DNA of 64,000 nt, taken from assembly GCA_004195635.1 (NCBI GenBank), contig PSPT01000017.1, positions 15,909-79,908 on the forward strand, in the 5' to 3' direction. The stretch comes from Methanobacteriota archaeon. Lineage in GTDB: Archaea > Thermoplasmatota > Poseidoniia > Poseidoniales > Poseidoniaceae. Each line of letters opens with the position of its first letter. Position 1 is the first letter of the stretch. The translations under genes and the position numbers were made by a program. Shown here in pieces: positions 46,383 to 55,259 of the stretch. The notes below the pieces were generated by a model. It was not told the origin of the DNA. It made no database searches and worked only from the letters and a program-made list of their open reading frames with translations.

Positions 46383-47558
46383 ATGGCCTCAGCCAAGTTC
46401 ATGAGCGAAAGGATTCCTGTCGCTGTGTTAGGCGCATCCGGCCTTGTCGGTCAGCGCTTTCAACAACGCTTGGTCAACCATCCCTGGTTTCGATTAGCAG
46501 TTGTAGTTGGAAGTGAAGAATCAGCAGGAAAACAACTTTCAGAGTTAGTTTGGCGATTGGACGAAAAGCGGCCAAATCTGCCTAATATCACAGTGATTTC
46601 GGGTGAAATTAGGGGGATAATTAGTCAATTAGAAAAAACGAATATCCAATTGGTTTTTTCAGCCCTTCCAAGTGCTCCAGCAAGTATTATTGAACAACAA
46701 CTTGCAGATGCAGGTTTTCACATTTTTAGTAATGCAAGTGCTCATCGTGAACAACCGGGGATGCCCTTAGTGATTGCCGATTTAAATCCTGAACATTTGA
46801 CCCATTTTGGCAGCCATAAACCAACACTAAAGCATCAATCTTCTGCAGCAAAGATGGATGGAGTGGAAGTTGCAGGTAGCATTGGCTCAATCACTTGCTC
46901 AACTAATTGTACAATCGTACCAATTGCCCTTCCTCTCAAAGCCTTGAGTCAAATCAACAAAATTATCAAGGTGGAAATAAAGACCCAACAGGCATTATCT
47001 GGTGGGGGCTGGAAGTTACTAAGTGACGAGAGTTCAGTTAACGGTAATCCTAATCCATTTATTCCTGGTGAAGAAGAAAAAGTAATATCTGAATTAAAGC
47101 ATTTATTGGGAGTAATAGATGAGCAGGTAATCATTCCTGCAGATATTGAAGTCACAGCAGAATGTGTTAGGGTAGGGGAAAGAGATGGGCATTTAGTTGA
47201 AGTTTCAGTTCATTTTGAGAATGTGATATCAGTAAGTGATGCCGAAAGAGCAATTTCTCAGTGGACTTGTTTTTCAGAAAATAATCTGCCTTCGGCACCG
47301 AAATCAATAATGCAAATCTGTAAAGAAATACCCAATCGAGTTGAACATTTATGGTTGGGGCAAGAAAATAATTTGTCGGAAGAACTGGACCCAAGTAAAG
47401 ATTTACGTGCAGGTATGGCAATAATGGTCGGAGGAATAAATAGTTCTAAAGCAAAAGTAATCAATTTCTTTGCTTTATCGCATAACACAATCAGGGGCGC
47501 AGCAGGAGGTTGTGTATTGTTGGCTGAATTAGTATATTCGCGTGGTTTGATAGTTTAA
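46383..47558 (+). CDS. asd: aspartate-semialdehyde dehydrogenase (archaeal type; malonyl-CoA reductase homologs cannot be excluded)
   Basis: VAVLGASGLVGQR Rossmann motif, active-site STNCT, and C-terminal HNTIRGAAGG. Confidence 0.75.
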   Translation: MASAKFMSERIPVAVLGASGLVGQRFQQRLVNHPWFRLAVVVGSEESAGKQLSELVWRLDEKRPNLPNITVISGEIRGIISQLEKTNIQLVFSALPSAPASIIEQQLADAGFHIFSNASAHREQPGMPLVIADLNPEHLTHFGSHKPTLKHQSSAAKMDGVEVAGSIGSITCSTNCTIVPIALPLKALSQINKIIKVEIKTQQALSGGGWKLLSDESSVNGNPNPFIPGEEEKVISELKHLLGVIDEQVIIPADIEVTAECVRVGERDGHLVEVSVHFENVISVSDAERAISQWTCFSENNLPSAPKSIMQICKEIPNRVEHLWLGQENNLSEELDPSKDLRAGMAIMVGGINSSKAKVINFFALSHNTIRGAAGGCVLLAELVYSRGLIV

Positions 47559-47621
47559 TCTATTGATTATGTAGCCATAGAACTCATAGGTTTGATTGAT
47601 GTCCACCCGCTTGGTGAGAAG

Positions 47622-49139
47622 ATGGGAATCACAGCAGTTCTTCCTAATATGACCATTACTCAACTCACCGATGAAGGCAACCAAAGGTGGCCTGGAGTTT
47701 GGTCCTCTGAGCAAAGCCGAGTATTAATTCTATTATTGTGTAAGCGAAAAGAGCGTAAATTGCTTGAAGTGCATGGGGATATGGTTGATCATGACCATCC
47801 TGTGTTCGGTTTGTTTTATCGTCCGCGAGAAACAGCAGATTTGTTGAAGGAGCAAGGTTTTGACCACCGCACAGCCTCTTTTGAATTAGTTGAAATTGCA
47901 ACATCTGACCTCGGCGCATGGTTACAACATTTGGTTACAAATGACAAATGGGTTCGTAGTATGACAACATTAACTCCAGTACCTACTGGTTATCAAGTTG
48001 GGATGACCAGAGGCTTTGAAAAAATGAACATTCCTTGTTTTAGACATCCTGAGTTATCTCCCCTCGATACATTCCATCTGCCAATGCCACCGCGAAGTAT
48101 TGTCGGTAAGGCATTTGTTAGTATTCCTAGATTAGGGGCAGAAGAATTAGCAAAAAGAAGAGGCTCGGATGCCGTTGTGCGTGATGGCACTGCATCTGTA
48201 TCGGACAAGTATGCAATCGCACAACCAACCTCCGATGGTTCAAGTGAAGGTGCAGTCCCACTTCCACCAGCCAGCCAAAGCAATACTGTTGTTTCATCTC
48301 AACAAACCCAACAAACCTCAACTCCAAAAATTGTGATCCTTAATTTAGGCAAAACGGAGGATGATAGTGCTGATCACTCTCAAGAAAGCGTTCCCCAAGT
48401 TACAATTCAGCCAGATTCAAGAGAATTAGGAATGGATGCGATGTCTTCGGCTCTTTCTGCTCTCGCAAGCGGAGCCGATTCGGTCGACAACGAGGCGAAA
48501 GATAGTGGCCTTGTAGATGTATTCACTCCAGATTTATTAGCCAGCGTCACCCATAGTGCCGGCGGAAATGTAACCGCTCAAACCCCTTCAGCCACTACGG
48601 CAGAAGTAGAAACCTCAACCCCCCTTCCTCCTCCAACTTCTGCCCCCTCGCCTCAGCCCGCTGCTTCTCAACCTGATGATAATGAAGAATTAGTGGAAGA
48701 ATTAGTATTGACATTCCCTGAATTAGATTCCGAGTTCACTGGAAATGGTCCAGGTATTCAGCCAAGCGGCCCCCCTTCCCCTCCAGTATCAAGTCCTCCT
48801 TCTGGTCCTCCTTCTGGTCCTCCAAGCGGCCCTCCTTCTCCTCCAGTAGCAAGTTCTCCTTCTGGTCCTCCTTCTGGTCCTCCAAGCGGCCCTCCTTCTC
48901 CTCCAGTAGCAAGTTCCCCTTCTAGACCTCCATCTGGTCCTCCAAGCGGCCCTCCTTCCCCGCCAATTCCGGCTGGACCTGAGGGAGATTTCCGTGCAAT
49001 TGTCAGTCAATTATTATCTGAAGGGATTCCAGCAAGTGATTTGATGGGCGACGAAAGATTTAGCGCTGTAAGTGAAGTTGCATTAGCAGCAGGAATTGAC
49101 ACATGGAGCATTTTCCTTGAGATTACAGGTGCTGCTTGA
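47622..49139 (+). CDS. cytoplasmic protein with unknown N-terminal domain, long disordered region and proline-rich tandem repeats
   Basis: No signal peptide. PSGPPSGPPSGPPSPPVASS repeated three times. Helical C-terminal ~55 aa. Confidence 0.6.
   Translation: MGITAVLPNMTITQLTDEGNQRWPGVWSSEQSRVLILLLCKRKERKLLEVHGDMVDHDHPVFGLFYRPRETADLLKEQGFDHRTASFELVEIATSDLGAWLQHLVTNDKWVRSMTTLTPVPTGYQVGMTRGFEKMNIPCFRHPELSPLDTFHLPMPPRSIVGKAFVSIPRLGAEELAKRRGSDAVVRDGTASVSDKYAIAQPTSDGSSEGAVPLPPASQSNTVVSSQQTQQTSTPKIVILNLGKTEDDSADHSQESVPQVTIQPDSRELGMDAMSSALSALASGADSVDNEAKDSGLVDVFTPDLLASVTHSAGGNVTAQTPSATTAEVETSTPLPPPTSAPSPQPAASQPDDNEELVEELVLTFPELDSEFTGNGPGIQPSGPPSPPVSSPPSGPPSGPPSGPPSPPVASSPSGPPSGPPSGPPSPPVASSPSRPPSGPPSGPPSPPIPAGPEGDFRAIVSQLLSEGIPASDLMGDERFSAVSEVALAAGIDTWSIFLEITGAA
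48761..48960 (+). repeat. ~3.3 copies of a 60-bp tandem repeat (92-97% identical)
   Basis: Copies at 48781-48840, 48841-48900 and 48901-48960 differ by 2 and 5 nt when compared directly. Confidence 0.9.
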
Positions 49140-49189
49140 GAATCATAAGTTTGAAAGCAGTAGGACATCAGCGATTACATGGTGATAGC

Positions 49190-49462
49190 ATGACTTATTG
49201 TGTTGGCTGCGGACAAGATATGCCTCAAATGATCAAATTTTGCCGTTTTTGTGGTGAACAACAACCTGGTCAACAATTGCTCGCTCGTCTTCAATCTGAA
49301 GCACAGCAAATCCAAACTCAAGCCCCTAATGGAGGGGTTGCAAAAAGTCCTCCCTCTGCAAATGAAACTATGTCAACTCTTGTTCGCCTTGAACAATTAC
49401 GAAAAGAAGCTGATGAGGCTGCTCGCCGCCGAGCCCAATTAGGCGGATACGGTCAGCGCTGA
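49190..49462 (+). CDS. zinc-ribbon domain protein
   Basis: MTYCVGCG..(9)..CRFCG followed by a Q-rich helical tail; 90 aa. Confidence 0.5.
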   Translation: MTYCVGCGQDMPQMIKFCRFCGEQQPGQQLLARLQSEAQQIQTQAPNGGVAKSPPSANETMSTLVRLEQLRKEADEAARRRAQLGGYGQR

Positions 49463-49483
49463 ATACCTTTATTCCATGGGGTG

Positions 49484-50113
49484 ATGATAATGCGCCTACG
49501 TCACTTGGCGATGCGATTGTCACAATTATTGACAATTCAAAATGCCAAACCTAAGTTAGAGCAATATCCCACGGAAGGACAACTAGCCGCCCGATGGCTT
49601 GGACTTCTTGCAATGGATGATTCATTGATTGGGGCTAATGTAGTAGATTTGGGAGCAGGTGCAGGAGTCCTTGGTTTAGGGTGTGCATATCTTGGTGCAA
49701 AATCAGTGACATTAATCGAGGCTGACCCCGAATCTGTAGCGATTGCTGAGGAGAATGCAATTCGAGTAAGAAGCGAAACAAATTGTGAAATAGCGGTTAT
49801 TTGTGAAAAAATCCAGGGGCGATTGCCCGAAGGAATTAAGGTTGATGTAATTATCATGAATCCACCTTGGGGATTCCAAACTAAAGGCGCTGACCGGCCA
49901 ATCATTGAGGCTGCATTTGCATCTTCAGCGAAGGTAATTCATTTGCTTCATAGTAAAAAAGCGACTCATATTGAAGGGATGGCTAATGCTGCAAATTGGC
50001 AAGCCGAAAAGGAATTCAGTTGCATATTTTCATTGCCACCAAGCATGCAACACCACAAGAAAAAATCATCAACAACTCGCTGCCAAGTTTGGAAAATTAC
50101 CCCGAAAAGGTAG
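49484..50113 (+). CDS. class I SAM methyltransferase, METTL5/COG2263-like (N6-adenine, NPPW motif)
   Basis: PKLEQYPT, VVDLGAGAGVLG (motif I), and IIMNPPWG (motif IV). Confidence 0.6.
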   Translation: MIMRLRHLAMRLSQLLTIQNAKPKLEQYPTEGQLAARWLGLLAMDDSLIGANVVDLGAGAGVLGLGCAYLGAKSVTLIEADPESVAIAEENAIRVRSETNCEIAVICEKIQGRLPEGIKVDVIIMNPPWGFQTKGADRPIIEAAFASSAKVIHLLHSKKATHIEGMANAANWQAEKEFSCIFSLPPSMQHHKKKSSTTRCQVWKITPKR

Positions 50114-50211
50114 TGTTAGCGAGTGCAGATTTAAGTTGGCCGGAGATGGTCAAAGGATTGAACAAAGTCGATGTGGCAGGGTGGCCGTGCTATGTGGATA
50201 CGTTCTAGGTG

Positions 50212-51978
50212 TTAGAAAAACCGGAGAATATTTTCGTGATCTTTGGAATTGATGTCAGAGTATAGTAATGCTTGTGTGGGATTTTGAAAAGGGTCTTCTC
50301 CTTTATTTTTTGACAATAGTCTCGCTCGCTTAGAAATTATTTTCCATGCGGTTTTCTCCCCAATTCCAGGAATTGCTTGCAATTGTTTTTGGGTACAAGT
50401 ATTGATGTCAAGATTAGATTCAACTGCAGAAATGCTGCGTTTTCCATGCCCTGTCACAATAATATCACTTTCAGATTCTAGTGGAATCAAATAAGGCACG
50501 CCTATCAAAATGGGGTATGCACCGATTTGACGGCCGAAAGTAATTCCAGATTTACCATGAATAGATGGGTCCTGTAATTCAGGCTCAAGGTGCCGAGGTA
50601 AGCGGAATCTTGTTTCATGGCTCTCCCATGTTACGCGCTTTAATTGTTCTCCAATCGGAAATAATTCCTGCAAGAGCGGCGCATCGATTTCATCTCTCAC
50701 CCAAGTTTTGAAATTTGTGAAATCTTTTTCATCAACAGTTTGAAAACCTTCACCCTCAACCTGACGAATATTTATTCTGCGTAGCCACATCCCTTCCCTT
50801 TTTAAATCTCTAAGGAGTTTTTTATTTAGGTTGTATGACTCACTTGATTCACCGTTTAGACCTGCGATGAAATTCAACCCCGGAAGGAGTTTTGGCAAGC
50901 CTCTATTTCCTCTTTTTCGGCCATATTGATTGATATGTCGGATAGCAACTTTCAGTTGCTCACTTGAACAATTCAACCAATTTTCTTTGTGAACAATTGG
51001 GTCAGCACTTTCAAGTCCAAAAGATAATACTGAACCATCACTTAGTGTATCACAAAGTAGTTTGGTTATTTCAGTCGCAGGCTCAATATTTTCGGCTATT
51101 ATTGATGGGTTGGCGTTATCGGTATGCAAGATATCTAGGCGCTCATCCTCACGCATCCCGTAAAGCAATTTGCCAATTGGCCCGGGGTTAGGAATTGGGT
51201 ATTCCAAATCAATAACTCCTTCGGCCATGTATGTGTAAACATCTGTCATCCCTCCCAATCTAAAGTGTGTGACTCCTGAATTTAATGCCGCATTCACTTC
51301 GGCGAGAATGGAATCTACAGGGCGATCTTTTGGGATACCCTTTTTTGGCTCAATGCAAAATTTACAGCCATTCCTAAACCTCACGCACCCTTGATAAACT
51401 TCCACTTCATAGGTTAATGGCCCATGGAGGTCTTGGTTTTTTGTGACTGCTTTTGATGATGCTCCTGCGATTGCCCATTTTTCCCATTGTTCGGCAGTAC
51501 GACGTTGATGTTTCCAGTTATTTGTGTTGAGAAAGTTATTGAGAGTAGCATCAATATCTTGAACAGTAAGGAATAGGTTTTGCTTTAATGGATTCCAGCC
51601 CTGTTGGCGCCAGCCACGAATCGCCCATCCACCAGCAAGAAATGGGACACTACGTGGATGAGCTGATATGATTTCACGTGCCTCTTTATGCGAAATCGGA
51701 GTGCCTCTAAGATACTTTCCCGGAACAATTGCTCCAGCAATTAGGACAGTTCCAAGCAAGTTATTAATTCCTATTCTATTCAAAATCTCACTTGGGCTAT
51801 CTGACTTTAGGCTATATCTTCTCCATTCATCAATAGTGACATATTCATAAGGAATATTGTGTGATTCAAGAACTCCTGCTACATATCTCACATGAAATCC
51901 AATGTAAGGGGGAACGCCAAATGCCGCTGGTTCATCTTCATATCCATCAAGGAGAAGCCATTTCGCCTCTCCATCCAT
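50212..51978 (-). CDS. radical SAM superfamily enzyme with C-terminal helix-hairpin-helix (COG1031-like)
   Basis: Cys cluster region GCVRFRNGCKFC. C-terminal HhH LQAIPGIGEKTAWKII. About 590 aa. Confidence 0.65.
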   Translation of the reverse strand: MDGEAKWLLLDGYEDEPAAFGVPPYIGFHVRYVAGVLESHNIPYEYVTIDEWRRYSLKSDSPSEILNRIGINNLLGTVLIAGAIVPGKYLRGTPISHKEAREIISAHPRSVPFLAGGWAIRGWRQQGWNPLKQNLFLTVQDIDATLNNFLNTNNWKHQRRTAEQWEKWAIAGASSKAVTKNQDLHGPLTYEVEVYQGCVRFRNGCKFCIEPKKGIPKDRPVDSILAEVNAALNSGVTHFRLGGMTDVYTYMAEGVIDLEYPIPNPGPIGKLLYGMREDERLDILHTDNANPSIIAENIEPATEITKLLCDTLSDGSVLSFGLESADPIVHKENWLNCSSEQLKVAIRHINQYGRKRGNRGLPKLLPGLNFIAGLNGESSESYNLNKKLLRDLKREGMWLRRINIRQVEGEGFQTVDEKDFTNFKTWVRDEIDAPLLQELFPIGEQLKRVTWESHETRFRLPRHLEPELQDPSIHGKSGITFGRQIGAYPILIGVPYLIPLESESDIIVTGHGKRSISAVESNLDINTCTQKQLQAIPGIGEKTAWKIISKRARLLSKNKGEDPFQNPTQALLYSDINSKDHENILRFF

Positions 51979-52001
51979 AAAATGGTCCACCGCCGTTCGA
52001 A

Positions 52002-53483
52002 TTAATCGCCAATTCCTTCTTCGCGGCGCGCACGTTCTTCACGAGATGAACGGCCATCTTCTCCTTCACCTTTACGATTATTGTCGCTTCGATTTTCTCG
52101 GCTACTGTTTTTACCTCGATGTTCATTGCCGCCTCGGTTTCCTCGGCTACTGTCTTTGCCACCGCGAGGTTTGTCAGTTGCGATTTGAACTTTGAGAGTA
52201 CGACCTTCAATTTTGTATGTGTCAAGTTCAGATACTGCTGTCTTTGCATCAGCATCTTTCATTGTAACGAAACCGAATCCCTTAGAGCGTCCAGTAGATC
52301 GGTCTGAAATGACCTTGCAATCAACAACTTCTCCGTGGTTTGCGAATAATGTTTTGAGTCCATCATCGCTCATACTCCAAGGTAAGCCGCCAACATAGAT
52401 TCGAGTTCCAGCCGGGCGGGCTGGGCGGTCACGTCCGCCTTTCTTTCCAGCATCAGCATCGTTTACAGTTAATCTTCGGCCATGGAAATCAGCTTTATGC
52501 ATTGCAGCAATTGCCTTTTCAGAATCTTCTTTTGAATCAAAAGTAACAAAACCGAAACCTCTGTTATTACCGGTATCTTTGTCAACCATTACGATAGCAT
52601 CATTGATTTTACCGTGAACTGCAAATGATTCCTTCAATTGGTCGGTACTTACGCCGCGAGAAATTCCTCCAACGAATAACTTGAATCCTTTGATTTGGGG
52701 GCGCCCTCCTCCTCCAGCTCCACCGCGACGGTCTCCGCCGCCATCGCCAAAGTTCATGAGGCTGACATTTGAGCCATCATTTCTAACATCGGCAGCAATT
52801 AGTGTACTCCTTGCAGCAGGACCCTTGGCAAAATAGTCTTCTGCCGCTTTACCCCAGCGCTTTCCTGGTTTGTTGAGTTTACTTGAACCGCCTTCAACAA
52901 CATCGTATCCAAGGCCATATCCATCAGAAAGCACTCTAAATGCAGTGTGTGAACAAGTTGGGCATTTAACATTCCAGTCATCTTCTTCATTGTTGGGTTG
53001 TAGTGTATCACCACATTGTGGGCAAAGAGCATGGATGACTCCACAACCGTTGTGGTCTCTCATTTCAAGTCGAATGACAGGAGAAACTTGGGATACTTTT
53101 GCTCGAATGATATCTCTGCGTCGAACTCCATCGCGTGCTTCATGCATGTAACGGTTAACGAATTTTGTTACATGAGTTTGACCAACGAGTTGGCTGGGAA
53201 GTAAGTCGCGAAATTCCCTTCCTTCAATTTCAAGAATTGTTGACTCAATCATTGATTCTCGGATTTTCCAAACTTCGGCAATAACGACATCGCCAATCTC
53301 AACTAAGCGTAGCCCTTCTCCAGCGCAAATGACACTTACTTGGTTTTCATCAGAATTGAAGTGAACATGTCCAGTTGTGGTTGAAGTCCAATTGCCATTA
53401 TGGGCAACTACGCCTACACCGGCACTCCAATCGCTTTCAATTGCTACTACTTCGCCAGGAATTACTATACTTGATTCACTCAT
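52002..53483 (-). CDS. csl4: exosome cap protein Csl4 (N-domain + S1 + Zn-ribbon) fused to two RRM domains and an RGG-like tail
   Basis: aa 1-195 are collinear with archaeal Csl4 (VIPGE..., S1-like core, CPQCG...CPTCS ribbon, SDGYGLG). RRM1 (52458..52682) has LFVGGI and RGFGFVTF. RRM2 (52176..52403) has IYVGGL and KGFGFVTM. There is a Gly-rich linker and an R/G/S/E-rich tail. Confidence 0.8.
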   Translation of the reverse strand: MSESSIVIPGEVVAIESDWSAGVGVVAHNGNWTSTTTGHVHFNSDENQVSVICAGEGLRLVEIGDVVIAEVWKIRESMIESTILEIEGREFRDLLPSQLVGQTHVTKFVNRYMHEARDGVRRRDIIRAKVSQVSPVIRLEMRDHNGCGVIHALCPQCGDTLQPNNEEDDWNVKCPTCSHTAFRVLSDGYGLGYDVVEGGSSKLNKPGKRWGKAAEDYFAKGPAARSTLIAADVRNDGSNVSLMNFGDGGGDRRGGAGGGGRPQIKGFKLFVGGISRGVSTDQLKESFAVHGKINDAIVMVDKDTGNNRGFGFVTFDSKEDSEKAIAAMHKADFHGRRLTVNDADAGKKGGRDRPARPAGTRIYVGGLPWSMSDDGLKTLFANHGEVVDCKVISDRSTGRSKGFGFVTMKDADAKTAVSELDTYKIEGRTLKVQIATDKPRGGKDSSRGNRGGNEHRGKNSSRENRSDNNRKGEGEDGRSSREERARREEGIGD

Positions 53484-53725
53484 TCATTAATCACCAAACA
53501 GTTGGGGGGAAAGCCGCATAAGGGCTGGAATACAAACAAGGCGGCAAGCCTCCTACTGTTCAACCCTTCGGTTTATATTTTTATAACGAAATGTATGTTA
53601 TTTTCCTCCTTTAAGAGAAGGTCCAAGGTGAAATTATAGTGGGCATATTATCATAATTTTCTACTGATTGAAGGCTTATAGATACTTGTGGTTGGTGGTG
53701 ATGCAACATATGCCGGAAGGAATAA

Positions 53726-54313
53726 ATGGAAAAGCCCAATACAATGGCTATGGGCGAAATATTTTCTATGGACCATTATTACATTCAAACAAAATTTTTT
53801 AGAATTTTTGGCGGATCTTTTTTGTTCAAGGATATGAATGACCAAGTTGTTGCTTTTTCAAAACAAAAGCGCTTCAAATTAAAGGAAGATATTGTTCTCT
53901 ATTCAGATGAAACATGTACGCAACCATTACTTTCAATAAAAGCAAGAAGCATGATTGATTTGTGGTCAACATACGACATTGTTGATTTAACTACTGGTGA
54001 AAACCTTGGTGCTGCGCGTCGTAAAGGGCTCAAGTCAATTTTCAAAGATACATGGAAAATACTTGATGCTAATGGGAACGAATATGCTGAATTGGTTGAA
54101 GATAGCATTGCAATTGTAAGAAGATTTATCCCATTTATTCCGGCAAAATTTCACTTCAGCATCCAAGGTCAGCAAGATATAATGATGCATCAAAGATTTA
54201 ACCCAATCATACAAAAGACCGATATAATAATACCTCAAGATCATCCATTGGATAGGAGAGTAATTGCGGCTGTCGCTTTACTAAATTCAGCAATTGAAGG
54301 TCGACAAGGTTAA
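53726..54313 (+). CDS. LURP-one-related/Tubby C-terminal-like (DUF567) protein, tentative
   Basis: About 195 aa with an alternating beta-strand pattern (F.I.....F..KDMN.QVVAF..QK.F.LKEDI.LY.D....PLLSIK.R) reminiscent of the LOR/scramblase fold. Weak call. Confidence 0.4.
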   Translation: MEKPNTMAMGEIFSMDHYYIQTKFFRIFGGSFLFKDMNDQVVAFSKQKRFKLKEDIVLYSDETCTQPLLSIKARSMIDLWSTYDIVDLTTGENLGAARRKGLKSIFKDTWKILDANGNEYAELVEDSIAIVRRFIPFIPAKFHFSIQGQQDIMMHQRFNPIIQKTDIIIPQDHPLDRRVIAAVALLNSAIEGRQG

Positions 54314-54471
54314 CTTGTATAGATTTCTTCAGTTTGAAAAGTTGAATGGATGAAAGTTCACCCATTCTCGATTGACAGAATTGTCTTTTTGTACTTACGT
54401 CACTAAGCCTTTTGGAGGCATGACCTTTGCGGTAGATTAGCGAGAAGAATCGGTGCAGGTAGGTATTGATA

Positions 54472-55239
54472 ATGGGTAGTGACAGAGAAAGGGAAGATAT
54501 TGCAATATCCCAACAGTTACTCTTGGCAGGTCAAAAGATGGCAAGAATATGCAACCTTCAAATCCCAGAATTAATCTCTCAAACCGATGTATGCTATGCG
54601 ACGAATCCATTAGATTATGCTGCATCAGCGCATGAACAATATTTGCAAAAATGGGGTGGGCTTGGTGCTCAAACTATTCTTCTCGGCATGAATCCCGGCC
54701 CATGGGGTATGGGTCAAACCGGAGTGCCTTTCGGCGCAACAGGAGTGGTGCAGGATATTTTGGACATTACTAATGCTGAGATAATTCATCCCACAGGCGC
54801 TCATCCAAAAAGACCCGTTTCAGGCCTATCGCTTGAACGGCAAGAGGTAAGCGGCACTCGTCTTTGGAATCTTCTTCTGCAACACTATGGTACATCAGAG
54901 AGGATATTTGAGAATGTATTTGTTTTAAATCACTGCCCACTATTACTTCTCGGTGAGTCGGGGAAAAATTTGACTCCAGATAAATTAGCAGGGGAGGCGA
55001 CGAGAAAAATTCTCAGTACTTGTGACGAACATTTACTCAAAGTAGTGGAAATATTAAAAATCAAAAAAATAATTGGGGTCGGAAAATATGCAGAAAAAAG
55101 AGCAAAGATTGCAATCCCAAATCATGAAAAATTAGGTATTGAAATTGATACCGTTTGGCATCCAAGTCCGGCAAGTCCACTCGCTAACAAAAACGATGGC
55201 ATGGATTGGCGTGCAAATGTGAGTGCAAAACTACCTTAG
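54472..55239 (+). CDS. uracil-DNA glycosylase, family 3 (SMUG1-like)
   Basis: GMNPGPWGMGQTGVPFG (SMUG1 motif 1) and WHPSPASPLAN (motif 2, HPSP). Confidence 0.75.
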   Translation: MGSDREREDIAISQQLLLAGQKMARICNLQIPELISQTDVCYATNPLDYAASAHEQYLQKWGGLGAQTILLGMNPGPWGMGQTGVPFGATGVVQDILDITNAEIIHPTGAHPKRPVSGLSLERQEVSGTRLWNLLLQHYGTSERIFENVFVLNHCPLLLLGESGKNLTPDKLAGEATRKILSTCDEHLLKVVEILKIKKIIGVGKYAEKRAKIAIPNHEKLGIEIDTVWHPSPASPLANKNDGMDWRANVSAKLP

Positions 55240-55259
55240 TTGGCTGGATAATCTCGAAG

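Noticed and set aside
48761-48960. Regular 60-bp direct repeats that could superficially resemble a CRISPR array
   Set aside because: The repeats are contiguous with no unique spacers. They are in frame within a long ORF and encode a PSGPP repeat. No cas genes are nearby.
48789-49010. 73-aa Arg-rich ORF (RRRRAAWRTRRRTRRRT...) on the minus strand
   Set aside because: It is the antisense reading of the proline-rich 60-bp tandem repeat (CCN codons read as NGG/Arg), so it is a compositional shadow ORF.
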